From the NCBI GenBank assembly GCA_041640595.1, contig JBEPZY010000001.1:416001-480000 (forward strand): a stretch of DNA of 64,000 nucleotides. Direction: 5' to 3'. The DNA is from Gemmatales bacterium (GTDB lineage: Bacteria; Planctomycetota; Planctomycetia; Gemmatales; HRBIN36). The notes beneath the pieces are model-generated. The model was not told the DNA's origin. It saw only the letters and a list, made by a program, of their open reading frames with translations, and ran no database searches. Of the stretch, positions 49,815 to 59,365 are shown piece after piece. The translations under genes were made by a program, and so were the position numbers. Numbering within the stretch: position 1 is the stretch's first letter; each line of letters opens with the position of its first letter.

Positions 49815-51413
49815 ATGAGCGAAAGAGCATCAGTTTCCCAGCAACCACCGGCACAAATTGTGTCGTCAGCGGGTAGTGCGAATTTAGGTGGGAATGCGAC
49901 AGTCGCATCCTCGGGTTGTGGATGCGGTCGGAAGGTAGCCCGTCTAACTGTGTGGCTGCTCGTTTTGTTGGCGGTGACGGTCATTTATTTTTCCCTGCGC
50001 TGGTACTACGTTTCCGCAGCAGGAGTGCAAATTTTGACGGAAGCCTTGACCGAGACCGAGCGACAGTTTCCCGGCTGGGACTGGGAATGCTTACGGCGTA
50101 ATCGGGATTTCGCGCCCAAGGACGACCAGGGATGTACGCTTCTGGAGTCGTTGTATCAGGAATTGACGGCTCGAGGATTTTCGGATGCGTTTTCGGTGTT
50201 CCATCAAGTCGGAGGCATTTACTGGCCACACGATTGGCGGAGGGAGTTGGACTTGAACCTACCGGAAATGCGTAGCACGCGGGGAATTCGCAAGCTGCGG
50301 AGCAATTGGCCGGAATTGCGTGACCGAATTCTGGAATTTCGCCGGGTTCCTCCAGGCGGTCGGATGGATGTATATCCGCTCAGCATCGTGGAGATTCCCA
50401 ATCACCATCGGGCGCTGGACATGCTGGTTCCCCTGACGACCAACTTGGCTTTGATGGAGATAGAAGACGGCCGCGCTGAACAAGCCCTGGATTATGTGGA
50501 CGCGTTTCTCGGCATGGCCAATGCTGTGCGCGACGAACCTACAGTTCTGGCATTTTGCCGCTGTGCCCAATTAGAGTTGTCAGCGGTGCGATTGCTGGAG
50601 TGGGTGTTGAGCAGGGGCGAGGTTTCCGACAAACGGCTCGGTGAAATTCAGGAGCGGCTCCTGGCGGCGTTGCCACAACGGTCGTTAGAGCGAGTTATTC
50701 GTGGCGAGCGTGCAAGGACGGATGTCGCGTTGAGTCGGTTCGGTATCCCTGAGTATCGGCGGGAATTTATGCGGCAGGTCAGGCAGACCTGTGCACCGTC
50801 GCGGCAATATTTTCTCGACGAACCTCTGGAACACATCCAGCAAACGGTGTTTGCTTTGCGGTTTCACTATCACGCCCATACCTGGCTTCCTTACACCCGT
50901 GCTCAGGCGCTTCGCTATTTCAACGAAGCCTACCAGATTGCACAACTACCGCCGCAGCAGTTTGACATGGAGGTTACAAGGTTTCTGTCTCGCTGGGAGG
51001 GCCGTTCGATACGCGGGTGGTGCGATTCTATGTGGCTGGCTGCGCTTGGTGGCAGCGGACCGGAACAGCCGATGCGAACGCTGGTCCGCATGCTGGATGA
51101 ACGGGATGGCGGTCTGAGTGCGGCTATCCTGGCGGTTGGCCTGGAGCGATACCGACTCCGGCACGGTCATTGGCCGGCCCGTTTCCAGTATCTTCCGGAA
51201 AACTGGCTGCCGAACCTGGCGCGATTCGACGCGAAGCGGGATTTTCGCTTACATTCCCTGTCAGACGGGTTGGTGGTGCAGGTACGCCGCCGGGAAAACT
51301 CGTTTCGTGGCTGGTCGTGGCCAGCACCAGAATGCAAAGAGTTTGCTTCCGACCCGGCTAGCTTTATCCTGTTCGAAACGGCGGATCGGCTGTACGTCCG
51401 GCAACGAGACTGA
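49815..51413 (+). CDS. Membrane-anchored hypothetical helical protein
   Basis: 532 aa, one TM helix, C-terminal LERYRLRHGHWP; GGAGG RBS. Confidence 0.78.
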   Translation: MSERASVSQQPPAQIVSSAGSANLGGNATVASSGCGCGRKVARLTVWLLVLLAVTVIYFSLRWYYVSAAGVQILTEALTETERQFPGWDWECLRRNRDFAPKDDQGCTLLESLYQELTARGFSDAFSVFHQVGGIYWPHDWRRELDLNLPEMRSTRGIRKLRSNWPELRDRILEFRRVPPGGRMDVYPLSIVEIPNHHRALDMLVPLTTNLALMEIEDGRAEQALDYVDAFLGMANAVRDEPTVLAFCRCAQLELSAVRLLEWVLSRGEVSDKRLGEIQERLLAALPQRSLERVIRGERARTDVALSRFGIPEYRREFMRQVRQTCAPSRQYFLDEPLEHIQQTVFALRFHYHAHTWLPYTRAQALRYFNEAYQIAQLPPQQFDMEVTRFLSRWEGRSIRGWCDSMWLAALGGSGPEQPMRTLVRMLDERDGGLSAAILAVGLERYRLRHGHWPARFQYLPENWLPNLARFDAKRDFRLHSLSDGLVVQVRRRENSFRGWSWPAPECKEFASDPASFILFETADRLYVRQRD

Positions 51414-51499
51414 TAGGCTGACTGTCACTGTGGACATGTGGGCTGGGGACGGTGCGCGGCCTGCTTACGTCCGGCAACGAAACTCATACGCTGACTGTC
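51393..51499 (+). repeat. 34-bp imperfect direct repeat pair
   Basis: 51393-51426 and 51466-51499, 31/34 identical, 39-bp spacer. Confidence 0.85.
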
Positions 51500-51542
51500 G
51501 CGGCTATTGAAACCTAGGCCGGTCAGACAAGGGTATGTTTCT

Positions 51543-52157
51543 ATGGATATGTCAGCCAGCGAAGGATGGCGGAGTGAACAGGAACTGGTGAAGGCGTGCC
51601 TGGCCGGGGACGTCCGAGCTACCCATCGGCTAGTAGCGACATTTCACCGTGAGGTGTATGCCCTGTGCTTGCGGCTTCTGGGGCATACCCACGACGCCGA
51701 GGATGTAACTCAAGAAGTATTTTTGCGGATTTTCCGTAGCTTGCGCTCCTGGGACAGGAAACGGCCTTTACGCCCCTGGATACTGGCAATTGCGGTCAAT
51801 CGCTGTCGCACCTGGTTGCGCAAGCGGCCTCGCAATAACGCTTTGCCGGACGAACTAAGTACCGGCCAGGGCGGCGGTGAAACTGATACCGCCTGGGAAT
51901 TGCAGGAAACTTTGAGCCAGGCACTTGCTTCCTTGCGGGAAGAGTATCGCACTGTTTTCGTGCTCTACCACGACCGACACCTGGCTTACGAAGAAATCGC
52001 GGAGGTGGTAGGCCGACCGGTCGGCACAGTCAAGACCTGGCTGCATCGTGCTCGATTGGAAATTCTGGCTTATCTGCGACGACGGGGATGGGACCATGAA
52101 ATTCGCACAGCCCTGTCGGGTTTGCCTGAACTGGATGCAAACCCTGCTGGATCGTGA
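51543..52157 (+). CDS. ECF sigma factor
   Basis: DAEDVTQEVFL, WILAIAVN and YEEIAEVVGRPVGTVKTWLHRAR. Confidence 0.93.
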   Translation: MDMSASEGWRSEQELVKACLAGDVRATHRLVATFHREVYALCLRLLGHTHDAEDVTQEVFLRIFRSLRSWDRKRPLRPWILAIAVNRCRTWLRKRPRNNALPDELSTGQGGGETDTAWELQETLSQALASLREEYRTVFVLYHDRHLAYEEIAEVVGRPVGTVKTWLHRARLEILAYLRRRGWDHEIRTALSGLPELDANPAGS

Positions 52158-52821
52158 ATCCTGGAAAGAACCGCCGAGCCGCATTGCCCGACATCTGGAA
52201 AATTGCCAGGGTTGTCGAAACCAGTGGGCCGCGGTGCAGGCTTTGCTTCTGGGCTTACGTTATTGGCCCGTACCGGAGCCTGCTACTCCGGTCGCGCGGA
52301 TCGTTGAGCAAATCCTGTGCGATCGGCGGGAACGTGAATCGGCATGGCAGCGGGGCATTCTGGCGGCCAGTTTGCTGATTGCGGCGTCAGTATGGTTCTT
52401 TCTGATGACCTGCCCGGAGCCCGGGCCGATCTCAGGCCGCCTGGCAAGAACTTCGGCACAGTCGCTGGAAATGCCGACCGGCCAGCAGATGGCATCGCTT
52501 AGCCCCTTGTCCCTGACTGATTCGATGGCGCAGACATCACCTCCTGTTGCATCCGCGGACGAAATCGCGGCCGGCCAGTATTCAGTGCGTGAATTTGCCT
52601 ACTGGTTCTTACCCGAGGAGTATCGAGAGACTGCGGAAGCCGTTCTTGGAAGGTTATCTTCCGGATTAGCCATGTCGGAAGCGGAGAGCGGCGAGAACGG
52701 TTTGTTTCCAACTTTTCCAAGACTGGATCAGGTCTGGGAGCCTGTCTGGGACGCCGGTGTAAACAGTTGGCGCTTGTTCCGCAATGTAATTCCGCCGCTG
52801 CTCGATCAACCAAACTCCTGA
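52096..52821 (+). CDS. Zinc-binding (HxxxCxxC) membrane anti-sigma factor
   Basis: HLENCQGC followed by one TM helix; overlaps the sigma 3' end. Confidence 0.85.
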   Translation: MKFAQPCRVCLNWMQTLLDRESWKEPPSRIARHLENCQGCRNQWAAVQALLLGLRYWPVPEPATPVARIVEQILCDRRERESAWQRGILAASLLIAASVWFFLMTCPEPGPISGRLARTSAQSLEMPTGQQMASLSPLSLTDSMAQTSPPVASADEIAAGQYSVREFAYWFLPEEYRETAEAVLGRLSSGLAMSEAESGENGLFPTFPRLDQVWEPVWDAGVNSWRLFRNVIPPLLDQPNS

Positions 52822-52862
52822 GGTGCGAAATTGCTGCTGGCGTAAGCGTTAGCAAAATACCT

Positions 52863-55800
52863 TCATGCCGCCTGTGCCTGGACGGCGGAATTCTTCGCCA
52901 ATCGGGCTAACAGGGAGGCGATGCGCTGGGTGCTTTGCCCATCCAGCCAACCCCATTCTGAGCTGCGCTGGCCGGTCGGCGGAACGTGTTGACCGGGCGA
53001 TAATCGTCGCGCCAGGTTGGCCAGAGCATGCTCAAAGTCGCGGCGAGTTTGGACCGTATGCACGTTCGGTTCGCCGCGGAAGTAGTAATAACCAAAGCGG
53101 TACAGATCGTAGTCCACGACAGGTAAACCGCAAGCCAGAGCCCAGCGAATCACGGACGATACGCAGGCCACCAGAGCATCCGCCAGGGGCATAAGCTCAT
53201 ACGTAGGCCGATCGGAATAGCGAACGTTGCTACGTTCCAGTTGCCGTAACTTCGCGGGCGATATGCTCGGATGAGCCACGAGAATCGTTTGGCAATCGGT
53301 CAACGCAGCCAGCGTATCGGCCCAGTAAATGAGGATTTCCTCGAAGGAACTAAAATCGGTGACGAGACGGCGGTTGTGGAGCTGATTGGAAGGGAGTGCC
53401 GCCAGGATTAGCGGGCGGTGTGGTTCGAGGTGCAGTTCGCGGCATAGTTCCTCTCGTTTTCGGTGCCAGTAGGCCAAACCGTCCTGCAGAGCGTCATCGC
53501 ACCAGGAACCAGTCAGGTGTAACCAATGCTCTGGCACGCCCTGACTCCGGTAATGACGAAGCATCCAGGGACTCTCGACCGCTAAAGCGGCCGCGAAACC
53601 ACTATGGAAAGTCCAGGGGTCATCCGGCGCACACCCCAGAATCTCCAGAGCTGCCGCTTCGAAGACCGGCGCACGCACCAGTTCCCGTGTTCCGGAAAGT
53701 CGCCACTGCGGGAAGCGTTCGCAAAAACGTCGGGCCGACGGCGTGGTGGCATCGTAAAGCGGAATCACAGAAACTGCCGCTTCGAACTCTTCACGTGACG
53801 CCAGGCACCAGGGCACAATAGCTGTAGAGATGCGATACTCCAAAGCCGTGCGAGAATAAATCGTCGTGTATTTGGACACGTTTTCCTGACCGAGGACGAG
53901 TACTGCGGGCTGAAGCTGGTCGAGTACCCGGCGGAAAAACGCTTGTTCCCGCCGCAACATGTGCACATGCCCATCCAGTTCTGGCAAGTTCAGGGAACGG
54001 CACCAATCAAGTAGCTCTCGCTGCTGGGGAGCTAACGGAGACAATTCGATTTTCCCGGTGGACTGGTTATCGAAGAGAAATTGCTGCGGGTAAGCCTCCA
54101 GGACACGCGGGCCGGCCCAGACCGGCAGTTGCCATTGCCGACACCGCAGGACATGTTTGGTCAATTGCGGATAAGGCTCCGTGAAGTAAATGACCGGTTG
54201 CCATTCTCCCTGCTGCATCAGTCGCCTTGCCAGGTGCGCCAGTGCCGTGAACTCTGCCACCTCACCGACAATTGCCAGCATCCGTTTGCCTGCCTCTGGC
54301 TGAACATGGAGCGAGGAAGAAGATACGGCTATCGGGCCGACCGGAGCAGTGCCTGCAAGTCCGTTTTCACCCCCGTTAGATTCTGAGACCTTGCCCGAAA
54401 CAGTCCCAGCAGGTGTGAAGGATTTGCCTGTCTCTTGGACATCAGGTTCAGCAGGAACAACGCTCAGCGGGACAGTAAGGCCATGAGAAGCCCGCACGGC
54501 GGAAAATGGCTGACGGTCAGCTTGAAGGTCGGCGTCCAGACCGGAAAGAGCAGTAGCGGCAAAGCGTCGCAACCAGCCGACTATTTTCGGGTCGGTCACT
54601 GGGACTTCCAGGGAAAAAGTGCGCGGAACGGCGCGAATCGTGTAGTTTTGCCAGACGCGACGAATTTCCGCCAGGAATGCCGCCTTGACCGCGGCTGGCA
54701 ATTCCGCAAGACTACCGCAGCCGCCACAGGTTTCGAATGTCTGACCCAGCAATTCTCGCCGCACACGGGCCACGATCGGATTGACGTAAAGCTGACGCCA
54801 ATCGTCCTCGGCGTGGCCCAGTTCCAGGCTGGCCGAAAAATCCTGGCAGCATAATACCCGCTTGCCATCAAATGCGATGGTCAATTTTTCAAACGGATCC
54901 GAACAAGTCGGCAGGATGGCGGGCTCAAACCACCAGTAATCCTCGGCCAGACTCGGTTCGGGAACAGCACGGTGCCTGCCTTCCAGCACGCCAGCCGTCG
55001 GATACATCGGATGGAAGGAAATTTCATCGAAGAATTCGCCCCAGAGTAACGCGTACTGCTCGACGTCGGTCTTGCGAGTGAGCAGGCAATTGAGCACGTA
55101 GCGCTGACCGGCAGGACGACATGCCGCATATTCCCGCACGTTGCCGTAAACACGATCAAAACGCAGCGGATACCGGTAACGCTCATAGCTCACGCGATCC
55201 CAGCCCTCGATGGATACCTGTACGACATCGGCAAGTATCAGACCTCTCCTGCGCTGGTGCATCATCGAACCGTTGGTTGAGCACACCACTGTGTAGCCCA
55301 AATCTTTGGCCAGAGCTACGAAATCGTCGAAGCGTGGATGCAGTGTCGGCTCACCCGTCGAATACAGATAGAGCGTGCTGATGCCGGAAGCCCGGCCTCT
55401 TTCGAGGATGCGGCGAAAGAGGTCGAATTCCATGAAGCCCTTAGTGCGTTCAGCCGGCATGGCCACCCGCGGACAAAACGGACAGCGGGCATTACAACTG
55501 CCGACGATGTCCACGGTCAGCGAGCGGAAGTGATTTGCGGCAGCCAGGTCGTGCCAGGGATGCTGTGCCCACAATACCACTGCCTGGGCGAAGGCTTGCC
55601 AATCCCCCAGTCGCATTTTCGCGTGAGCGTGGCTTTGCCAGGCCTGACGGAGTTGTCCGGCAATGCGTTGAGCCCGCCTGGACAATTCGCCTTGGGATTC
55701 CAGGATTGCGGCTCGTTCCGGTGAAACCCATCGCAGGTACTGTTCAAGGTCCTGCTCCGAGCAAGTCGGGTCGTGTCGCAGAGGCGGCGTTTGCCAGTCA

Positions 55801-56498
55801 ATCTGCACGGCTCGTTGTCGCGCTTCCTCAAAAAGGGCCCGGCGACGATCGGGATTGGCCTTTTCCATGTCCGACCAGCTACGCTGTTGGTCATCCACCC
55901 AGTGAAGGACATTTTCCAGATGGGCTTGCAGAATGCCTCGCCGCCGTGCTTCCGCATAGCCTTCGGGTGCCGCCAGGCGTACCGCTTGTTCCAGCATTTC
56001 CAGCCAAGCTGCCGAATCTTTGGGGATCGAGGGTACGCTCGGCAAAGTAACAGGTGCAGCCGGCGTTGTCAGCGAAACCGTACCGATTTCTTTGGCCAGT
56101 TCCAGTTCGAGCAGACGACGCGCTTTTCTCCAGGAAACTCCATGCTGACGCAATTCCCTGTACCGCCGGCCGGCTCGTTCCAGCAACCGCTGCAAGTGCC
56201 GGTCGAGCAAATTGTCTTCCATCAGCCGAGCATAGGTCTCAGGAGAGGAGCGTTGGAGCCAGATGTTCAGGTCCTTCTTCCACTGCCGGGTTGACCAGCT
56301 CAGGTGCTCGGTTGCCCGGAGCAAACGCCAGAGCCGACGGCACAATCCCAGCAACCGCCGGCTCCACTGGCCCAACCGGATGCTGTTTTCCGTGGATTTG
56401 GTATGCATGGGTCTTAGTCCGCAGATTCGCTCGGAAGGCTTTGTCTGAAAATGTCCATTTGTGCAGGCGGGTGCTGCTAAAGCCCCTAGCAAAATCAT
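52863..56498 (-). CDS. Radical SAM/SPASM-like domain fused to a GT-B-like glycan-biosynthesis domain
   Basis: CNARCPFC, TGEPTLHP, STNG, C..PF..CC..CGGC; C-terminal AHP..ADALV..SSV..ALACGLPVV; start may be near 56408. Confidence 0.82.
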   Translation of the reverse strand: MILLGALAAPACTNGHFQTKPSERICGLRPMHTKSTENSIRLGQWSRRLLGLCRRLWRLLRATEHLSWSTRQWKKDLNIWLQRSSPETYARLMEDNLLDRHLQRLLERAGRRYRELRQHGVSWRKARRLLELELAKEIGTVSLTTPAAPVTLPSVPSIPKDSAAWLEMLEQAVRLAAPEGYAEARRRGILQAHLENVLHWVDDQQRSWSDMEKANPDRRRALFEEARQRAVQIDWQTPPLRHDPTCSEQDLEQYLRWVSPERAAILESQGELSRRAQRIAGQLRQAWQSHAHAKMRLGDWQAFAQAVVLWAQHPWHDLAAANHFRSLTVDIVGSCNARCPFCPRVAMPAERTKGFMEFDLFRRILERGRASGISTLYLYSTGEPTLHPRFDDFVALAKDLGYTVVCSTNGSMMHQRRRGLILADVVQVSIEGWDRVSYERYRYPLRFDRVYGNVREYAACRPAGQRYVLNCLLTRKTDVEQYALLWGEFFDEISFHPMYPTAGVLEGRHRAVPEPSLAEDYWWFEPAILPTCSDPFEKLTIAFDGKRVLCCQDFSASLELGHAEDDWRQLYVNPIVARVRRELLGQTFETCGGCGSLAELPAAVKAAFLAEIRRVWQNYTIRAVPRTFSLEVPVTDPKIVGWLRRFAATALSGLDADLQADRQPFSAVRASHGLTVPLSVVPAEPDVQETGKSFTPAGTVSGKVSESNGGENGLAGTAPVGPIAVSSSSLHVQPEAGKRMLAIVGEVAEFTALAHLARRLMQQGEWQPVIYFTEPYPQLTKHVLRCRQWQLPVWAGPRVLEAYPQQFLFDNQSTGKIELSPLAPQQRELLDWCRSLNLPELDGHVHMLRREQAFFRRVLDQLQPAVLVLGQENVSKYTTIYSRTALEYRISTAIVPWCLASREEFEAAVSVIPLYDATTPSARRFCERFPQWRLSGTRELVRAPVFEAAALEILGCAPDDPWTFHSGFAAALAVESPWMLRHYRSQGVPEHWLHLTGSWCDDALQDGLAYWHRKREELCRELHLEPHRPLILAALPSNQLHNRRLVTDFSSFEEILIYWADTLAALTDCQTILVAHPSISPAKLRQLERSNVRYSDRPTYELMPLADALVACVSSVIRWALACGLPVVDYDLYRFGYYYFRGEPNVHTVQTRRDFEHALANLARRLSPGQHVPPTGQRSSEWGWLDGQSTQRIASLLARLAKNSAVQAQAA

Positions 56499-56730
56499 TG
56501 CTGGTCCAGGTCTGGCATCGCAGGTCTCCGAGCAGTGCTGGATGCCGGGTCTGGTTAGCCCGGACGAAATGTTTGATGGTCCCGGATGGTTTCTGCAGTA
56601 ACTCCTGAGTTGCAGGGTCAGCTAGCATAGATGAACCGGTTGGTGCTGGTCAATAGCAAACCGGACGAACAAAAGCCAAATGGAGTGCGGATCGCAAAGC
56701 CAATTCTTACGAAGCACCGGCCACGTAGTG

Positions 56731-58137
56731 TCAGGCTTCTCCAACATGCGTGGACTGCAACGTTGCGCTGAAATGGACGGGATACGGCTGCGGGGTTGGC
56801 TCCAGGTCTCGCAAATGGGCTGGTAAGCACGATAATTGTGAATGGCAGTGTTGCTGTATGGATTGCAGATCGGGCAGCGGTTGCAGCAAACGGCCCTGCT
56901 GCATGATGGGCACCAGCAACGGTTCGCCCGGCAATTTTTCCTCATGGCGACCTACCCAGTCTTCCAGGAACATGCCGGAACTATCGCGGCGACGGTACAC
57001 TTGCTTGGCGTAGGGGAAGGTCTGCTTTTGAGGCGAAGTTTTCAGGGTCCCGACCACGCCTCGGGGAGTGTGCAATTCCACCAGTTTGTAAACGGTATTG
57101 AGCGAAGGCTCATCGCGACTGGTGACCAGTTCCGTGCCCACGCCGAACATGTCAATCGGTGCCCCGGACGAAACCAGTTCGTGAATCCGATACTCGTTCA
57201 GGTCACCGCTGGCGATAATGCGGACGTCCTGCCGACCCGCCTCATCGAGCAAACGCCGGCTCTCACGACTCAAGGTCAGCAAGTCGCCGCTGTCTAAGCG
57301 GATGGCCCGCATGGGAACGCTGGCTTGCAAAGCGTGGCGAACTCCCTGCAACGTATCGTAGGTGTCCACCAGTAAGGTACCGACTTCGGGGAAAACTTGC
57401 CCGAAAGCTCGGAAAGCCTCGATCTCACCTGGAAATGCCATGATCCAGGAATGCGCCTGCGTGCCCACGGCGGGAATGTTCAACAGTCGAGCCGCTTCTG
57501 TGTTGCTCGTGCCTGAACAACCGGCGAGGAAAGCGGCACGGGCAGCCAGTAAGCCAGCCTGGGGGCCATGCGCTCGCCGTGAACCGAAATCCACCACGCT
57601 GCGACCTTGAGCAGCAAGCACCACCCGGGCAGCTTTGCTGGCGATCAGGGTCTGGAATGTGAGCGTTGTCATCAGGTATGTTTCCACGATCTGTGCTTGT
57701 GCGAGCGGAGCGGTTATGCGGAGCAACGGTTCACCCGCAAAAACTACCGTACCTTCAGGCACAGCCCAAACTTCCCCGCAAAAGCGAAACTCGCGCAAGC
57801 TGTCGAACCAGCTGGCCGGAACATGGCAAAACGCCGGGTACTGCCGCAGGTACTCGATCTGGGCCTCGGAAAAACTCAAATGCTGCAAGAAGTGAACGGC
57901 TTGCTCCAAACCGGCCGCTACGAGGAAATTCCGTCGCGGAGGTAATCGGCGAACCCATAGTTCAAAAGTGGCCGGCCAGTCGGCCATGCCGTGCACGTAA
58001 TAGCCGGCCGCCATCGTCAACTCATACAGGTCGGTCAACAGACCCAGCTCATCTTCGCGTGGCAACAAACCCTGGGGTTGGTGATTCTCACTCATGGGTG
58101 TCGAGACGCCAGACGGTTCTTCTAGCCGGTATGCCAT
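56731..58137 (-). CDS. pncB: Nicotinate phosphoribosyltransferase
   Basis: LLTDLYELTM, DFGSRR, GTQAHSW, LVDTYDT, IRLDSGD and VYKLV; start may be 58095. Confidence 0.95.
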   Translation of the reverse strand: MAYRLEEPSGVSTPMSENHQPQGLLPREDELGLLTDLYELTMAAGYYVHGMADWPATFELWVRRLPPRRNFLVAAGLEQAVHFLQHLSFSEAQIEYLRQYPAFCHVPASWFDSLREFRFCGEVWAVPEGTVVFAGEPLLRITAPLAQAQIVETYLMTTLTFQTLIASKAARVVLAAQGRSVVDFGSRRAHGPQAGLLAARAAFLAGCSGTSNTEAARLLNIPAVGTQAHSWIMAFPGEIEAFRAFGQVFPEVGTLLVDTYDTLQGVRHALQASVPMRAIRLDSGDLLTLSRESRRLLDEAGRQDVRIIASGDLNEYRIHELVSSGAPIDMFGVGTELVTSRDEPSLNTVYKLVELHTPRGVVGTLKTSPQKQTFPYAKQVYRRRDSSGMFLEDWVGRHEEKLPGEPLLVPIMQQGRLLQPLPDLQSIQQHCHSQLSCLPAHLRDLEPTPQPYPVHFSATLQSTHVGEA

Positions 58138-58183
58138 TCGTTTCCATGCACGCGAGCAACCGACAATAACATTCTCGGCCGAT

Positions 58184-58275
58184 TCGACTGATCGGGTAGG
58201 GGGCCCAGGTAGGCACTGCCTACCAGGCGCGTCGTCAGTGCACCCGCTGGCTCGACTGGTCGGGTAGAAGGCCCA
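58184..58275. repeat. 24-bp direct repeat pair with internal 17-bp palindrome
   Basis: TCGACTG(A/G)TCGGGTAG(GG/AA)GGCCCA at 58184 and 58252; GGTAGGCA-C-TGCCTACC at 58208-58224. Confidence 0.8.
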
Positions 58276-58418
58276 CCTTCGATTACTGGGCGACGATCAG
58301 GGGGAATCGATTCCGGCGGCGGTAGAAATAGACGCTGCCATCATGTTAGTGGCCAGACGCTGGGCGACGCAGAACGGTCAGAAAAATCCGAGCGTTGCCT
58401 TGTGGACGAAGGCGGGCT

Positions 58419-59198
58419 TTATTTAGGCGAGACGAGAATCGGGCCCGATTCTGCTGCCGGTGGCGGAACTGGTGGCCGGACTGCTTTTGTCGGTGGCTGC
58501 AAAGTAGCGGGTGGTGCGTTGGTAGGAGCCAGCAACGGGGCTGTTTTGACGCTGACATCGCCGCCTGGTTGGACACGGGGCGGTGGAGCTACTTCCAATT
58601 GTGAAGGGGGCGGAACAGGAAATAGCAGTGGCGATTCTGCTGACGATGGGCTATTGTTCGTGCCGGCCGGGGAAGATGGTGCAGTGGAGACCGGCATTGG
58701 ACGAGGATTGCCTGGCAGTGAGGCTGGTTGCGTTGTGGTCGGTACGCTACCCGGGGTGGAAGATGCCTGGTGAGGTTTGGCGAGAGCGGGTGAGGCTTGC
58801 TTGGGGACACGATAACCGAGGCGTGCCCAGCGTGCTGCCACCCGCACCGACCAGCTGTCGTCGTGTTTGATGGCTCGATCGAGTGCTTCTGCCGCCTCCA
58901 CCGAGGGTGGTTGCAATTTGCCGAGGCTGGAGGCGGCTGCCTTTCGCACGCTGGCCGAGCCATCTTTTTGCAAAGCCTCCACCAGGGCCATAATCGCTTC
59001 CGGATACTGAGCAGCATCTGCGTCGGCCAGAGCTTCTGCCGCCTGGGCACGTTTGCCTGCGTCCGGATGGTTCAGTACAGTCTGCACCCATTCGGCCACC
59101 TGATTAGCAGACGGCTTGCTTTTCTTCGGGAAAATCCCTGCCTGCAGCGGACATAGCAACGACAGGGCTATTGCCATGGCCACGATGATCCGAAGCAT
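58419..59198 (-). CDS. Exported HEAT-repeat protein with Pro-rich tail
   Basis: Signal peptide, D...RAQAAEAL and D.SASVRKAAASSLG repeats; GGAGGAG RBS. Confidence 0.85.
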   Translation of the reverse strand: MLRIIVAMAIALSLLCPLQAGIFPKKSKPSANQVAEWVQTVLNHPDAGKRAQAAEALADADAAQYPEAIMALVEALQKDGSASVRKAAASSLGKLQPPSVEAAEALDRAIKHDDSWSVRVAARWARLGYRVPKQASPALAKPHQASSTPGSVPTTTQPASLPGNPRPMPVSTAPSSPAGTNNSPSSAESPLLFPVPPPSQLEVAPPPRVQPGGDVSVKTAPLLAPTNAPPATLQPPTKAVRPPVPPPAAESGPILVSPK

Positions 59199-59365
59199 GG
59201 TTCTCCTCCAGCCGTTCCCGGCAGTCGTGTCTAATCGTGTTCTCTATTGGGCCGCGCCCGACCGTTAGCTGTCGGACATTTGCGTTATTCGTCTGCCCGC
59301 ATCAAATTCCGCAATAAAATCATCCTGCGAACTTCGCGTTCGCTACAACCTCTTCGGCGTGGCAA

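Noticed and set aside
58140..58330. Known NAD+ riboswitch upstream of pncB
   Set aside because: No resemblance that I could recognise to the nadA or pnuC motifs; kept only as an unexplained repeat
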